Source: Burkholderiales bacterium
GTDB taxonomy: Bacteria; Pseudomonadota; Gammaproteobacteria; Burkholderiales; Thiobacteraceae
Length of the DNA stretch: 63,992 bases
Assembly: GCA_030681095.1 (NCBI GenBank)
Contig: JAUXTZ010000043.1
Coordinates: 1-63,992, forward strand
Direction of reading: 5' to 3'
Below, one piece after another: positions 63,835 through 63,992 of the stretch; position 1 is the stretch's first letter; the number at the start of each line of letters is the position of its first letter. Under the pieces are notes generated by a model, which was not told where the DNA came from, ran no database searches, and saw nothing but the letters and a program-made list of their open reading frames with translations. The position numbers were made by a program, and so were the translations under genes.

Positions 63835-63992
63835 ATACTCTTTCCCGTAAATCCGTACTGCCGATGATTCTGCTGCTCCTTGCTGGCTGCGCCACGCAAG
63901 GCAAGCCGCCGCCGACGATCTCACTGGACGAGCCCGTTACCGTCGCTGCGCAGCCGCTGCCGGAACCACCCAAGCCCATCGAGGTGGTTGAA
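63831..63992 (+). CDS. trbG: P-type conjugative transfer protein TrbG (VirB9 family), 5' partial
   Basis: ATG 63831 overlaps the trbF stop. N-terminus MNTLSRKSVLPMILLLLAGC carries a lipobox. Runs off the window end. Confidence 0.7.
   Translation, partial: MNTLSRKSVLPMILLLLAGCATQGKPPPTISLDEPVTVAAQPLPEPPKPIEVVE

Larger units (their letters stand above)
20776..63992 (+). mobile_element. Tn4371-family ICE backbone (partial) with a 19-kb cargo insert
   Basis: Gene order parB-like, DUF736, DUF2958, repA, parA, traF, relaxase, [cargo], traG, trbBCDEJKLFG matches this ICE family. No integrase or att site is in the window, so the ends are undefined. The defence island at 1-20.7 kb is probably part of the same element. 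Confidence 0.75.

Noticed and set aside
1-63992. CRISPR arrays, tRNA/rRNA genes, IS elements or an integrase anywhere in the window
   Set aside because: I found no regularly spaced direct repeats, no cloverleaf-compatible segments and no transposase or integrase motifs on either strand. Visual scanning is not exhaustive, and tRNAscan, Infernal and ISfinder searches should confirm.

Overview
High-GC proteobacterial DNA, Burkholderiales-like by inference from a Bug/TctC binding protein and the element type. The window reads as one partial Tn4371-family integrative conjugative element (ICE); no integrase or att end is in the window. It has four parts. (1) 1-21.2 kb is a visibly lower-GC defence island. 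It holds a DGQHR(DndB-like)+HNH gene pair, an AbiEi/AbiEii toxin-antitoxin pair, and an SF2 helicase / ParB-fold / HARE-HTH-Mrr nuclease operon. That operon converges on a dndBCDE phosphorothioation operon that has no dndA and no dndFGH. The island continues with a CoiA-like nuclease candidate, a helical-repeat/GNAT/unknown trio and a membrane alpha/beta-hydrolase. (2) 21.2-34.9 kb is the ICE maintenance and regulation backbone: large ParB-like protein, DUF736, two DUF2958 paralogs, an XRE regulator, an FseA-like DUF6499/DUF2285 gene split by a +1 frameshift, an RdfS-like HTH, RepA, a frameshifted ParA, an RHH protein, DUF2840, TraF and the relaxase. (3) 34.9-53.9 kb is a lower-GC metabolic cargo between relaxase and traG: four LysR regulators, an FMN hydroxy-acid dehydrogenase, an amino-acid ABC transporter, DadA-like, RidA, aminotransferase, RraA-type aldolase and ACC-deaminase-like enzymes, and pyruvate carboxylase. 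(4) 54.2-64.0 kb carries traG, a CopG protein and trbBCDEJKLF plus a partial trbG. The best candidates for an undescribed system are the helicase/ParB/Mrr operon beside the restriction-less dnd operon and the DGQHR+HNH pair. All family assignments rest on motifs read by eye and recalled family signatures; no database search was run. I found no tRNA, rRNA, CRISPR array or IS element. Some M residues in the ORF track are alternative start codons (TTG/GTG), and starts were refined where the sequence allowed.
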